Source: an uncultured Ignavibacterium sp.
Lineage (GTDB): Bacteria > Bacteroidota > Ignavibacteria > Ch128b
Direction: 5' to 3'
NCBI GenBank assembly: GCA_964454895.1
Contig: CAYVTW010000010.1
Span: 9,934-73,933 of the forward strand
Length of the DNA stretch: 64,000 bases
Made by a program: the position numbers and the translations under genes. Under the pieces are notes generated by a model. It saw only the letters and a program-made list of their open reading frames with translations. It had not been told where the DNA came from and did no database searches. Shown here piece by piece: positions 50,065 through 59,404 of the stretch (position 1 is its first letter; each line of letters begins with the position of its first letter).

Positions 50065-50920
50065 TTTTTAAGATTCCAATCGTTTTAATTAAATCTGATA
50101 CATTATTAACTACATCATATAAATAGCTTTCGTCCGGTATATCTAATACAGAAATTATTGATTTATCAATTGGTTCATCCTCAGAACTTAAAAGAAATTG
50201 TGGAGCTTCTTTGGAAGCAATAAAATCTGCCAGATGAACAATAGCAACTAACTTTTTATTCCTTTCACATGAAGAAGGTGTGTGATGAAATCTAATAGCA
50301 TCAATAAGTGTTTCAGGTAAATTCCATTTCTCAGCTATAGTTGCACCAATTTCACAATGAGTAGTTCCTAAAATCATAGTCTCAGCTTTTGTTTGGTTTA
50401 TCTTTCTATAAAATTTTAACTCACTCACCAACTTGAATTCATTGTTCATTGTTCTATGACTTATTGCAATTCCAATATCATGTAATAAACCTGCTACTAA
50501 TGCTTCGTTTTTTACTGGATAATCAAAATCGTTAGCGAGAAGTTGCGAAATATATCCACATAAATAAGAATGTACATTAAATGCTTCTGAAATGAAGAAT
50601 CTATCTTTATCTTCAAGTGTTGATTGAATTATTGAAAATCCAATTACTAAATCCTTAATTGTTTCTCGCCCTAAAACCGAAATTGCCATCTCAATCGTAG
50701 AAATTTTTTTAGTAAAACCATAGACAGGAGAATTAGCAAGTGCCAGTATTTTCGCTGCAAGAGAATGATTTTTATTTATAACCTCAGAAATTTCTTTTAA
50801 AGAAATATCTTTTTGATTTAAAACCTTTAGTAGATCCACATCGGTCCTTGATAAAGTCGGGAAGTAGTCACGCACTGCTAAAGATTCTAAAAAGTCGTTT
50901 TTTAATAACATATCTTTCAC
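50057..50920 (-). CDS. HDOD-domain signalling protein
   Basis: ...LAANILALANSPVYGF...ISTIEMAISVLG... and ...VAGLLHDIGIAI... typical of HDOD (HD-related output domain). Confidence 0.7.
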   Translation of the reverse strand: MKDMLLKNDFLESLAVRDYFPTLSRTDVDLLKVLNQKDISLKEISEVINKNHSLAAKILALANSPVYGFTKKISTIEMAISVLGRETIKDLVIGFSIIQSTLEDKDRFFISEAFNVHSYLCGYISQLLANDFDYPVKNEALVAGLLHDIGIAISHRTMNNEFKLVSELKFYRKINQTKAETMILGTTHCEIGATIAEKWNLPETLIDAIRFHHTPSSCERNKKLVAIVHLADFIASKEAPQFLLSSEDEPIDKSIISVLDIPDESYLYDVVNNVSDLIKTIGILKNE

Positions 50921-51609
50921 CTCAAAATTTTACCTAATTTTTTTCTGAGTTTATTAATCACTTCAGTATGTATTTGCGATACTCTTGATACTGATATATT
51001 TAAAATGTTGGCTATTTCTTGATAGTTCATATCCTCATAGTAATATAGAGTGATTACTAGTTTTTGCTTTTCGGGAAGTTTGCTGAGTTGTTTTAAAATT
51101 ATTTCATTTACATTTTCACGTTCAGCGATTTCCTGCGGTGTTTCTTCCTTACTTGGTAAAAAATCCAGCACAGTATCATCATCCTCTCCCCATTGTTGAG
51201 AGAGTGAAAGTTTTTGATATTCCCTCAAATAATCTGTGATAGTTAGTTCAGTAAGATTATTCGCTCTTCTTCTTTTATTTTCTTCTTCAAGTTCTTTTTT
51301 AACATTCTCTTTGTAAGATCTCGGAATAAAATCAAGTTTACGAAGCTCATCGAGGATCATTCCACGAATTCTTGGTATGGCATAAGTTTCAAACTTAACA
51401 CCATAGTTAGGATTGTAACGATCTATTGCCTCGCTCAAACCCAAAATTCCGAATTGATAAAAATCTTGATCATTTAAAAGTTCTGCTCCTTTCAATTCAG
51501 TTCGATGAAGAACATAATGAACTAATCTAAGATATTGCTTCATCAAAGCCGTCTTAAGTTCAGAAGCTTTTGTTTTTCTAAACTTTTTCCATAGCATTGC
51601 CGTTGTCAT
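50917..51609 (-). CDS. fliA: RNA polymerase sigma factor FliA/WhiG (sigma-28) family
   Basis: Region 2: ...FGILGLSEAIDRYNPNYGVKFETYAIPRIRGMILDELRKLDFIPRS... Region 4: ...KQKLVITLYYYEDMNYQEIANILNISVSRVSQIHTEVINKLRKKL... Both are close to FliA. Confidence 0.8.
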   Translation of the reverse strand: MTTAMLWKKFRKTKASELKTALMKQYLRLVHYVLHRTELKGAELLNDQDFYQFGILGLSEAIDRYNPNYGVKFETYAIPRIRGMILDELRKLDFIPRSYKENVKKELEEENKRRRANNLTELTITDYLREYQKLSLSQQWGEDDDTVLDFLPSKEETPQEIAERENVNEIILKQLSKLPEKQKLVITLYYYEDMNYQEIANILNISVSRVSQIHTEVINKLRKKLGKILR

Positions 51610-51854
51610 TTTACCCTCCTGGAATTATTGGTTGTTTCGTCAATCCCTATTGCTAATCTTCCCCCAAAAATTTTTAAGACGATGGATATTAAGACTAGAA
51701 GAATTATTGAACTTAGAATTAACCAGTCAATCTCTACTAAAATAGCATTGAAAAACACGAAAGAAATTATTAATGAAAGCATTTGAGCTCTAATAATTTC
51801 CTGATTGTTTTTAGATTTCAATTCCATCATCTTTTCCACTTTTTTCTTACTCAA
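51606..51854 (-). CDS. Small two-TM membrane protein (hypothetical; candidate anti-sigma/coupling partner of FliA)
   Basis: 82 aa with two hydrophobic helices. Stop overlaps the fliA start by 4 nt. TTG start in the track; internal ATG alternatives. Confidence 0.3.
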   Translation of the reverse strand: MSKKKVEKMMELKSKNNQEIIRAQMLSLIISFVFFNAILVEIDWLILSSIILLVLISIVLKIFGGRLAIGIDETTNNSRRVK

Positions 51855-51968
51855 GCCAATATTAATGCCAACACGGTTGATGGTTTTAGATATGATACTA
51901 ATTTCTTTATTTACAAAGAGTTATAGATAGCCCCCAAAAATCATGGAAAGTACAGAATCAAAAATAAT

Positions 51969-51984
51969 TGGCTAAATTTAGCCA
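51969..51984. promoter_or_regulatory. Perfect 16-bp palindrome TGGCTAAATTTAGCCA between the REC-unknown regulator gene and the membrane-protein/fliA operon
   Basis: Perfect dyad. On the minus strand followed by ATTATTTTTGA (could also serve as terminator of the upstream gene). Confidence 0.3.
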
Positions 51985-52037
51985 GATGTTGATTATTATT
52001 ATTCAAATTGTCGGATGAGTGAAATGTTTAGGTTTGA

Positions 52038-52766
52038 CTAAATTTGAAAGTTTAGAATTAAATAAAAGAAATGCGATTTGATTAGGTAGGCTTTTAATTT
52101 AATTATATTCTGATCTATGCTTAGTTCAAACATTTTATCACTTGAAAAATAATCTTCAGAATTCGTTTGCTCGTTCAAAAGATTTTGAAATATTGTGTCA
52201 AAAAAAATTTTCCAATTTTTTCCGATAAGATTATCGTCTTTGCTCCAATCATATTGTGCTCGATTGCCTAGGACTTCCACACAATTTTCATTTTCATCAA
52301 TTTTCAGTATCAATATAGTAGAGAAATTATTGATAATTTTTTTCAGAATGTTAATTTCTTCTTCAAATTTTTGAAAAGATTTTCGCATTATTAAATCATT
52401 AAGCTTTGAAACGAGATTTGAATAATTTCTATCCTTCACTATCAAATCTGTTGCACCAGATTTGATTATATCTTGCTCAATTTCATCTCTTTCAAGAGCG
52501 GTTATTAAAAATGCAGGAATACTAGCATCATATTTTCTGATTTCTTTAATAACTTCGAGACCATTTTTCTCTGGAAGCCGATAATCAACTATTATTGCGT
52601 CTACAATTTGTCCTATTAAAAAAGTATTCCACTCTGGTGGTTTCGTTAAACTCAAACACTTAAAATCGGGAAAATTTTTCTGTATTATTAATCTTATTAA
52701 TCCTAGTTCAAGAGGATTATCGTCGATTACTAAGATGGTCAAAGATTGCTTGACTTCCTTACTCAT
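52038..52766 (-). CDS. Response regulator: receiver domain + uncharacterised C-terminal domain
   Basis: REC: ...ILVIDDNPLE...IIVDYRLPEKNG...FLITAL. ~110-aa C-terminal domain with no match I can name. Start overlaps EBP gene stop (ATGA). Confidence 0.6.
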   Translation of the reverse strand: MSKEVKQSLTILVIDDNPLELGLIRLIIQKNFPDFKCLSLTKPPEWNTFLIGQIVDAIIVDYRLPEKNGLEVIKEIRKYDASIPAFLITALERDEIEQDIIKSGATDLIVKDRNYSNLVSKLNDLIMRKSFQKFEEEINILKKIINNFSTILILKIDENENCVEVLGNRAQYDWSKDDNLIGKNWKIFFDTIFQNLLNEQTNSEDYFSSDKMFELSIDQNIIKLKAYLIKSHFFYLILNFQI

Positions 52767-54169
52767 TTTATTTGTTTTTTAACTTCAATTTTCAATTGTT
52801 CCATTCGATATCGAAGTTTTGACCTTGAAATTCCTAAAACTTTTGCAGCTTGAATTTGATTTCCGTCTGTAATTTCGAGCGTCTGAATAATCAAATCACG
52901 AACTACCTGATCCATCTTAATTCCTGTCTTAGGAATCTTTAGAAAATATTCATCGTCAACTAAATTTTGATTTTGTTTCGATTTTTCTAAAAAATTCAAA
53001 TTTTCCGGTTTTAATTCATCTCCACTAGAAAGCAAAACTGCTCGCTCAATTGTATTTCTTAATTCTCGAACATTTCCGGGCCAGGAATAATTCTGCAACA
53101 TTTCTAAGACTTCGGGAGATACTTTCCTGATGTTTCTATTCAATGCTTTATTAAATTCATCAATAAATGCAAATGTAAGGAGAGGTATATCTTCTCTTCT
53201 TTCTCGTAAGGGTGGAATATATAAAGTTGCAACATTTAATCTATAAAAAAGGTCCTCTCTAAAAGTTTTATCAGCAACAGCTTGACGAAGATCTTTATTA
53301 GTCGCAGCAATTATTCGAACATTTACACTAATCTCTTTTGTCCCACCAAGTCTAAAAAACTTTTTCTCTTGTAAAACTCTCAAAAGTTTTACTTGTAAAT
53401 CTAAACTCAATTCTCCGATTTCATCCAATAGGATAGTACCACCATCAGCAAGCTCAAACTTTCCAATTCTTGTTTTATCTCCCGCACCAGTATATGCTCC
53501 TTTCTCACTTCCAAATAATTCGCTTTCAGCTAACTCCTTAGGAATCGCACCGCAATTTATTGCAATGAAAGGACCATCTTTTCTACTTGAAATATTATGG
53601 ATATAACGGGCAATCATTTCTTTCCCTGAGCCACTCTCGCCTTCAATCAAAATCGTGGTACCTTCACTCATGGCAATTTTTTCTACAGCATCTAAAGTTA
53701 AACGCATCACACGACTATTACCAAACATCTCCCGAGTAATTTCACCTTCTTTGGATAAAAGTCTAAGTCTTTGAACCTCTTTTTGGAGTTCTAATTGTTT
53801 CAATGTTTTATTAATTATTAATTCAAGTTGATCTAAATTGATGGGTTTGAGAATAAAATCAATTGCCCCCATTTTTATCGCACTAACAGCTGTTTGTACA
53901 TCAGCAAAACCAGTAATCATTACAACGGGTAGATCTGGGTTAAGTGATTGAATTTTTTTTAGAACTTCCATTCCGTTTAAATCACCAAGAAAAATATCGA
54001 GCAAAACCATGTCTGGTTCATGCTCTTCAATTACTTTAAGACCCGCCTTACCGCTTAAAGCGATATCAACATTATAACCACTTTGGGTTAGAGCTCTTTT
54101 TAATGAGGTTGTTACAAGTTCATCGTCATCAATAACAAGAATTCTTTGTTTCATTAGTTCTCTCCACAA
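52763..54169 (-). CDS. Sigma-54-dependent transcriptional activator (NtrC/FleR family: REC + AAA+ + HTH)
   Basis: REC (…ILVIDDDE…VLLDIFLGDLNG…), AAA+ Walker A GESGSGKE, GAFTGA (…GAYTGAGD…, sigma-54 contact), ESELFGSEKGA, C-terminal Fis-type HTH. Confidence 0.85.
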   Translation of the reverse strand: MWRELMKQRILVIDDDELVTTSLKRALTQSGYNVDIALSGKAGLKVIEEHEPDMVLLDIFLGDLNGMEVLKKIQSLNPDLPVVMITGFADVQTAVSAIKMGAIDFILKPINLDQLELIINKTLKQLELQKEVQRLRLLSKEGEITREMFGNSRVMRLTLDAVEKIAMSEGTTILIEGESGSGKEMIARYIHNISSRKDGPFIAINCGAIPKELAESELFGSEKGAYTGAGDKTRIGKFELADGGTILLDEIGELSLDLQVKLLRVLQEKKFFRLGGTKEISVNVRIIAATNKDLRQAVADKTFREDLFYRLNVATLYIPPLRERREDIPLLTFAFIDEFNKALNRNIRKVSPEVLEMLQNYSWPGNVRELRNTIERAVLLSSGDELKPENLNFLEKSKQNQNLVDDEYFLKIPKTGIKMDQVVRDLIIQTLEITDGNQIQAAKVLGISRSKLRYRMEQLKIEVKKQIK

Positions 54170-54628
54170 TTCCTAATTTATGCTTTTAATATCTTTATAA
54201 AGATAATTTTATAATGATATTACTCAATGCGAAAATAGTTAATGATTTAATTTTCTAAAATTATTTATAAGAAAATTAGAAAGGTTATTTATTTTTAAGG
54301 AGATGCTTTAGTTCAGAAAGAATTTTATCTGTGACCGTATGAAATACAAAATTCTTACTATAAAAATTATTTTTAATTCTAAATTCTACAATCTTAATTA
54401 TTTCTTTATAATCTTTTGAAATTTTCTTGGCTGGACGGTTTTCAATTTTATTTTGCCAATCGAAATTTAAGGACTTCAACTTAATCTCTATGATTGTTTT
54501 CACGAATATTAATTACAACGATATTATCGGAAAGTAATGCAAGCAGTTTAATCGAAAAAATTCTGAAAAAATGAGCATAATAATTCGATAATGCTAATGA
54601 CAAACTATCTTCATTTGGAGAAATAAAT

Positions 54629-55954
54629 GTGAACGTTGATTCATACTTTTTAGTTACTACTATTTCTATATTATTGAATGTATTAAACATAATCATCTCT
54701 TTCTTGCTCTTAAGAGAAACTTACTTCAAAACTGGTTTCATTTTTCTAATGATTGGTCTAGGAATAATTTTAGCCATTCAAGTCAATGATTTTTTTACAA
54801 GAACCTATGTTAAAGGTGAGACGATAATTCTAAGCTCATTTGAAATAGTATCTCTCATTGGCAGCGTAATTTTATTTTTTGTTTTAATCATTTTTGTCGT
54901 TTCAAAAAAATTAGAAACTCAAGTTGACACTCAAGAAGAGGTCTCATTTTATAGACCATCATACAATTTTTATAAACCTCCTATTCCAGAACAACAACCT
55001 CTATCCGAAGCAAGTATTACATCCTCTCCATTTCAAAGAACGGAAAATACACCAGAAAAGAAAACATTCTCAAAAGAACAGTATAGACCAACACAACAGA
55101 AATTAGCAGAAACAATTACCGAAGAAAAAACTGAAAAAGAAAAACATATAAAAGAAGTTCCGTCAAACGGAAAAGCAGTAGTTGCAAAGTTTATCAAGAA
55201 AGAAGAACCAAGAAATGAAGCAGAAATACTTAAAGATGAATTAGAAAAATTAAAATTCCAACGAGATAAACTTGTATCCATTATCTCTCACGATCTGAGA
55301 ACCCCCTTAACCAGTGTTTTTGGTTATTGCCAACTACTAAAAGAGGGGCAGTATAAGAGCAAAAAAGAAGTAGCGCAATTTGCCGAAAACATCTTTGAAC
55401 TTTCTCAGCAACAACTAAATGCTCTTAATAAAATCATTGAATGGACTAAATATGAGTCGCCAAATCTCGCATTAAATCCTACAGAATTTGATGTAACTTC
55501 CACAATAAATTTTGTTGCTAAAACTATGTTGAAATTTGCTGAGAAAAAGAATATCAAGATTGTTGTTAATTCAAAACCTGATTTATTTGTATATGGTGAT
55601 GAATTTATGATCATAGAAGTTTTGAAGAATTTACTCGATAATGCAATTAAATTCTCCCATCCAAATAGTTCGATCGAAATTCATACACACTACCATGAAA
55701 GAATAAATAAACTTGTGGTTCTCGTCGTTGATTCTGGTATTGGTATCGACCGAGATATTCTAATGAACCTTTTAGTCTCCACAAAGAAATTTACAACCCG
55801 AGGAACTAAAGGAGAAAAAGGACTTGGACTCGGTTTGTTAATAGTAAAAGCAATAATTGATAAACATGGGGAACACTTCTGGATTGCAAGTGAGGAAGGA
55901 AAATGGACAAGAGTCTACTTTACTCTCAAGCCCGCAAAATCTCCAAATGCATAA
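54629..55954 (+). CDS. Membrane-anchored sensor histidine kinase (HisKA + HATPase_c)
   Basis: GTG start with GGAG upstream. Three N-terminal TM helices. ...ISHDLRTPLTSVFGYCQLL... H-box. N box ...LLDNAIKFS..., G1 ...VVDSGIGI..., G2 ...GLGLGL... Confidence 0.8.
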   Translation: MNVDSYFLVTTISILLNVLNIIISFLLLRETYFKTGFIFLMIGLGIILAIQVNDFFTRTYVKGETIILSSFEIVSLIGSVILFFVLIIFVVSKKLETQVDTQEEVSFYRPSYNFYKPPIPEQQPLSEASITSSPFQRTENTPEKKTFSKEQYRPTQQKLAETITEEKTEKEKHIKEVPSNGKAVVAKFIKKEEPRNEAEILKDELEKLKFQRDKLVSIISHDLRTPLTSVFGYCQLLKEGQYKSKKEVAQFAENIFELSQQQLNALNKIIEWTKYESPNLALNPTEFDVTSTINFVAKTMLKFAEKKNIKIVVNSKPDLFVYGDEFMIIEVLKNLLDNAIKFSHPNSSIEIHTHYHERINKLVVLVVDSGIGIDRDILMNLLVSTKKFTTRGTKGEKGLGLGLLIVKAIIDKHGEHFWIASEEGKWTRVYFTLKPAKSPNA

Positions 55955-56054
55955 ACTTTTTTTAGTCTTTAACCCTCTGATCAAAAAATTTTCTCAACTA
56001 ATAATTTTATATTTGTAATGAATTACTTTAAAAAATTGAAACAATGAAGAAAAT

Positions 56055-56129
56055 CGGGGCGTGGCTCAGCCCGGTTAGAGCGCCTGGTTCGGGACCAGGA
56101 GGTCGGCGGTTCGAATCCGCCCGCCCCGA
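56055..56129 (+). tRNA. tRNA-Pro (CGG)
   Basis: Hand-folded: acceptor CGGGGCG/CGCCCCG, D-arm GCTC-AGCCCGGTTA-GAGC, anticodon arm CCTGG-TTCGGGA-CCAGG (anticodon CGG), variable AGGTC, T-arm GGCGG-TTCGAAT-CCGCC, discriminator A. 75 nt. Confidence 0.9.
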
Positions 56130-56299
56130 CTTCTTTATTCACTAATTAATTCAAATTATTCGTCTATCCAACTCAATTAAGCATTCAACTTCATTGAAAA
56201 ACCTTACCCTTTTCAGTAAATTTGAATAAAAGGTTTATTTTTGGTCTTTACTTACTCAATTAATTCTAAAACTCTCATAAATAATCAACCGAGGGCTAT

Positions 56300-57388
56300 A
56301 TGCGAAAAGAAACATTAGAAATCATTCGAGAAGTACCTAAAGTATTATTACATGATCATTTAGATGGTGGATTAAGACCACAAACAATTATCGAACTGGC
56401 AAAAGATATAAAATACAACAAACTACCAACTCAAGATCCAGAAGAACTGGCAGCTTGGTTTCATGAAGGCGCAAATAAAGGAAGTCTTGTTGAATATCTT
56501 CGCGGATTTGAACATACCACAGCAGTAATGCAAACCAAAGAAGCTCTTGAAAGGGTTGCATTTGAGATGATTGAAGATATGTATAATGATGGTGTCGTTT
56601 ACGTTGAAACAAGATTCGCTCCAGTTTTTCATACTCAAAAAGGATTGCACTGGGAAGAAGTTGTTCAAGCAGTATTGAATGGACTTGAAAGAGGAAAACA
56701 GCAATACGGTGTAGGATATGGATTGATAATCTGTGCAATGCGTAACATGAAGCTAAGCCTTGAAATGGCAGAACTTGCTGTTGATTTTAGAGATCGAGGA
56801 GTTGTTGGTTTTGACCTTGCTGGTGAAGAAGGTGGATATCCCCCAAAAAAGCATATTGAGGCATTTCAATACATTCAAAGAGCAAATTTCAATATAACAA
56901 TTCATGCAGGTGAGGCTTGGGGTAAAGAATCAATTTGGCAAGCACTTCAATGGTGTGGAGCTCACAGATTAGGTCATGCAACGAGATTAATTGAAGACAT
57001 GACTATAATCGACGGTGAACTAGTTGCCATGGGAACCCTTGCTCAATATGTTCTTGATAAAAGAATTCCCCTCGAAATTTGTTTGCTTAGCAATGTTCAC
57101 ACTGGTGCTGTTAAAAGTCTTGAACAGCATCCATTTGGTATTTACTATAAAAATAAATTCCGTGTTTTTCTAAACACAGATGATAGATTAATGAGCAATA
57201 CGACAATGTCAAACGAATTTAAAATCGCTGCTGAAGTTTTCGGTTTAACATTAGACGATATGGAGAAATTAACAATCAATGCTATGAAAAGCGCATTTAT
57301 TCATTACAAAGAAAGGATTGATTACATCTATAATGTAATTAAACCTGGTTATCAAAAAGTCAGAGAAAAACTATTAGCATTTAAGTGA
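56300..57388 (+). CDS. add: Adenosine deaminase
   Basis: ...KVLLHDHLDGGLRP... (HxHxDG metal site), ...SLEMAELAV...VVGFDLAGEE..., ...HAGE..., ...LNTDD... catalytic Asp. Confidence 0.85.
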   Translation: MRKETLEIIREVPKVLLHDHLDGGLRPQTIIELAKDIKYNKLPTQDPEELAAWFHEGANKGSLVEYLRGFEHTTAVMQTKEALERVAFEMIEDMYNDGVVYVETRFAPVFHTQKGLHWEEVVQAVLNGLERGKQQYGVGYGLIICAMRNMKLSLEMAELAVDFRDRGVVGFDLAGEEGGYPPKKHIEAFQYIQRANFNITIHAGEAWGKESIWQALQWCGAHRLGHATRLIEDMTIIDGELVAMGTLAQYVLDKRIPLEICLLSNVHTGAVKSLEQHPFGIYYKNKFRVFLNTDDRLMSNTTMSNEFKIAAEVFGLTLDDMEKLTINAMKSAFIHYKERIDYIYNVIKPGYQKVREKLLAFK

Positions 57389-57389
57389 T

Positions 57390-57725
57390 ATGAAACCACT
57401 CTTTAAAAATTATAATTTTGATTTCGATTCATCAGAAAAAAAATTACTTCAAACTATGGTGAAACAAATTCTCAGGCAAATTGAAGGTGACAATCGTTAT
57501 ATTTCAGAAGTGAGAATTTATCAGAGTTTGAGTGATAAACTTTCATCATCACAATCTCCCATTCAACTAACCAAAGAAGAAATAAAACGCCTTGAATTGC
57601 AATTATCTGAAAATTCAAAAATGCTCAAGGAAAAGATTAGAAAATCAATATTTTTTATGAAATGGATTTATAAGCCTCTTCTCAAACAGTATGAATTAAT
57701 ATTAAACAAACATTTTAAGAAATAA
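57390..57725 (+). CDS. Hypothetical protein (111 aa), tightly coupled between add and hutU
   Basis: Starts 2 nt after the add stop and ends 3 nt before the hutU start. Predicted helical/coiled-coil. No motif recognised. Confidence 0.35.
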   Translation: MKPLFKNYNFDFDSSEKKLLQTMVKQILRQIEGDNRYISEVRIYQSLSDKLSSSQSPIQLTKEEIKRLELQLSENSKMLKEKIRKSIFFMKWIYKPLLKQYELILNKHFKK

Positions 57726-57727
57726 AC

Positions 57728-59386
57728 ATGAATTACAAATATGAACCAATTCGAGCTCCGAGAGGAACTCAGTTAAATGCAAAGGGCTGGATACAAGAAG
57801 CAGCTCTTCGTATGCTTATGAATAATTTAGACCCGGAAGTAGCCGAGAAACCCGAAGAATTAGTTGTGTATGGTGGAATTGGAAAAGCTGCAAGAAATTG
57901 GGAATGCTATCATGCAATAGTACGTGAGTTAAAAAATTTAGAAAACGATGAGACGCTCCTAGTTCAATCGGGTAAGCCAGTTGCTGTCTTTAAAACACAC
58001 ACACTTGCCCCAAAAGTAATCATTTCAAATTCAATGCTGGTTCCTAAATGGGCAACATGGGATGAGTTCAGAAGACTGGAAGCACTTGGATTGATAATGT
58101 ATGGACAAATGACAGCCGGCAGCTGGATTTACATTGGAACACAAGGAATTCTCCAAGGGACTTATGAAACATTTGCAGCATGCGCCGATAAATATTTCGG
58201 AGGTTCATTGAGTGGAAGATTTTTGCTAACATCAGGACTTGGTGGTATGGGGGGAGCACAACCACTTGCTGCCAAAATGAATGGCGCTGCTTTCTTAGGT
58301 GTTGAAGTTGATCGTTCGAGAATTGAAAAGAGATTAAAAACTGGTTATTTAGATGTGATGAGTGATAATCTTGATGAAGCTTTGGAACTTGTTCTGAAGG
58401 CTAAAAAAGAAAATAAAGCATTATCTGTTGGTTTATTAGGGAATGCAGCTGAAATTTTACCAGAGATTTTGAAGCGAGGAATAATTCCAGATGTTTTGAC
58501 AGATCAAACATCAGCACACGATACTCTTAATGGATATGTACCACATGGGATTTCGTATGAAGAAGCTTTAGAACTGCGTAAGTCCAATCCTGATAGATAC
58601 ATTCAAATGGCAAAGCAATCAATTGTAGTTCATCTTCAAACCATGTTAGAATTTCAGAAAAAAGGATCAGTCACTTTTGATTATGGTAACAATATTCGTG
58701 GAGAAGCTTTTGCAAATGGTGTTGTAAATGCCTTTGATATTCCAGGCTTTGTACCGGAATACATTCGGCCATTGTTTTGCGATGGAAAGGGTCCGTTTCG
58801 GTGGGCTGCTCTTTCTGGGGATCCACAAGATATATATGTAACCGATGAAGCAGTTATCAATACTTTTCCAGAGAATAAATCGCTTGTAAGATGGATAAAG
58901 CTTGCTCAAGAAAACGTTAAGTTTCAGGGTTTACCCGCAAGGATCTGTTGGCTCGGTTATGGTGAAAGAGCGAAGATGGGGCTAATCTTTAACAAACTTG
59001 TTCGTGAAGGAAAAGTTAAAGCTCCAATTGTAATCGGGCGTGATCATTTAGATTGCGGTTCGGTTGCATCACCTAACAGAGAAACTGAAGGAATGTTAGA
59101 TGGAAGTGATGCAATTGCCGATTGGCCAATATTAAACGCATTGTTAAATGCTATTGGTGGAGCAAGCTGGGTATCTGTTCATCATGGTGGTGGTGTTGGG
59201 ATGGGATATTCAATTCATGCTGGTATGGTAATAGTCGCTGATGGTAGTAAAGAAACTGATGAAAAATTAGAGCGAGTATTAACTTACGACCCTGGAATGG
59301 GAATAGTAAGACATGCTGATGCTGGTTATGAACGAGCAATATCAAATGCAAAAAAATTTGGCATTAAAATACCTATGTTAAAATAA
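57728..59386 (+). CDS. hutU: Urocanate hydratase
   Basis: ...[46 protein letters not shown]...: colinear with urocanase over its whole length, including the NAD-binding [13 protein letters not shown]. Confidence 0.9.
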   Translation: MNYKYEPIRAPRGTQLNAKGWIQEAALRMLMNNLDPEVAEKPEELVVYGGIGKAARNWECYHAIVRELKNLENDETLLVQSGKPVAVFKTHTLAPKVIISNSMLVPKWATWDEFRRLEALGLIMYGQMTAGSWIYIGTQGILQGTYETFAACADKYFGGSLSGRFLLTSGLGGMGGAQPLAAKMNGAAFLGVEVDRSRIEKRLKTGYLDVMSDNLDEALELVLKAKKENKALSVGLLGNAAEILPEILKRGIIPDVLTDQTSAHDTLNGYVPHGISYEEALELRKSNPDRYIQMAKQSIVVHLQTMLEFQKKGSVTFDYGNNIRGEAFANGVVNAFDIPGFVPEYIRPLFCDGKGPFRWAALSGDPQDIYVTDEAVINTFPENKSLVRWIKLAQENVKFQGLPARICWLGYGERAKMGLIFNKLVREGKVKAPIVIGRDHLDCGSVASPNRETEGMLDGSDAIADWPILNALLNAIGGASWVSVHHGGGVGMGYSIHAGMVIVADGSKETDEKLERVLTYDPGMGIVRHADAGYERAISNAKKFGIKIPMLK

Positions 59387-59404
59387 ATATTTAAGGGAGT
59401 CAAA

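Noticed and set aside
50917-51609. Possibility that the sigma factor is an ECF or general sigma-70 rather than FliA
   Set aside because: Region 2.4/3 segment GVKFETYAIPRIRGMILDELRKLDFIPRS and region 4.2 segment ISVSRVSQIHTEVINKLRKKL are near-diagnostic for the FliA/WhiG subgroup. ECF sigmas lack region 3 and are shorter.
51856-51875. Sigma-54-like element TGGCAT-N-TTGGC immediately upstream of the small membrane protein/fliA operon (minus orientation)
   Set aside because: GG to GC spacing is one nucleotide longer than canonical GG-N10-GC. The -12 TTGC is not intact. It sits too close to the annotated TTG start. Retained only as a weak possibility.
54285-54696. Two overlapping small minus-strand ORFs in the divergent intergenic region between the sigma-54 EBP and the histidine kinase
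   Set aside because: AT-rich promoter region. ORFs overlap each other and the HK start. No coding signal.
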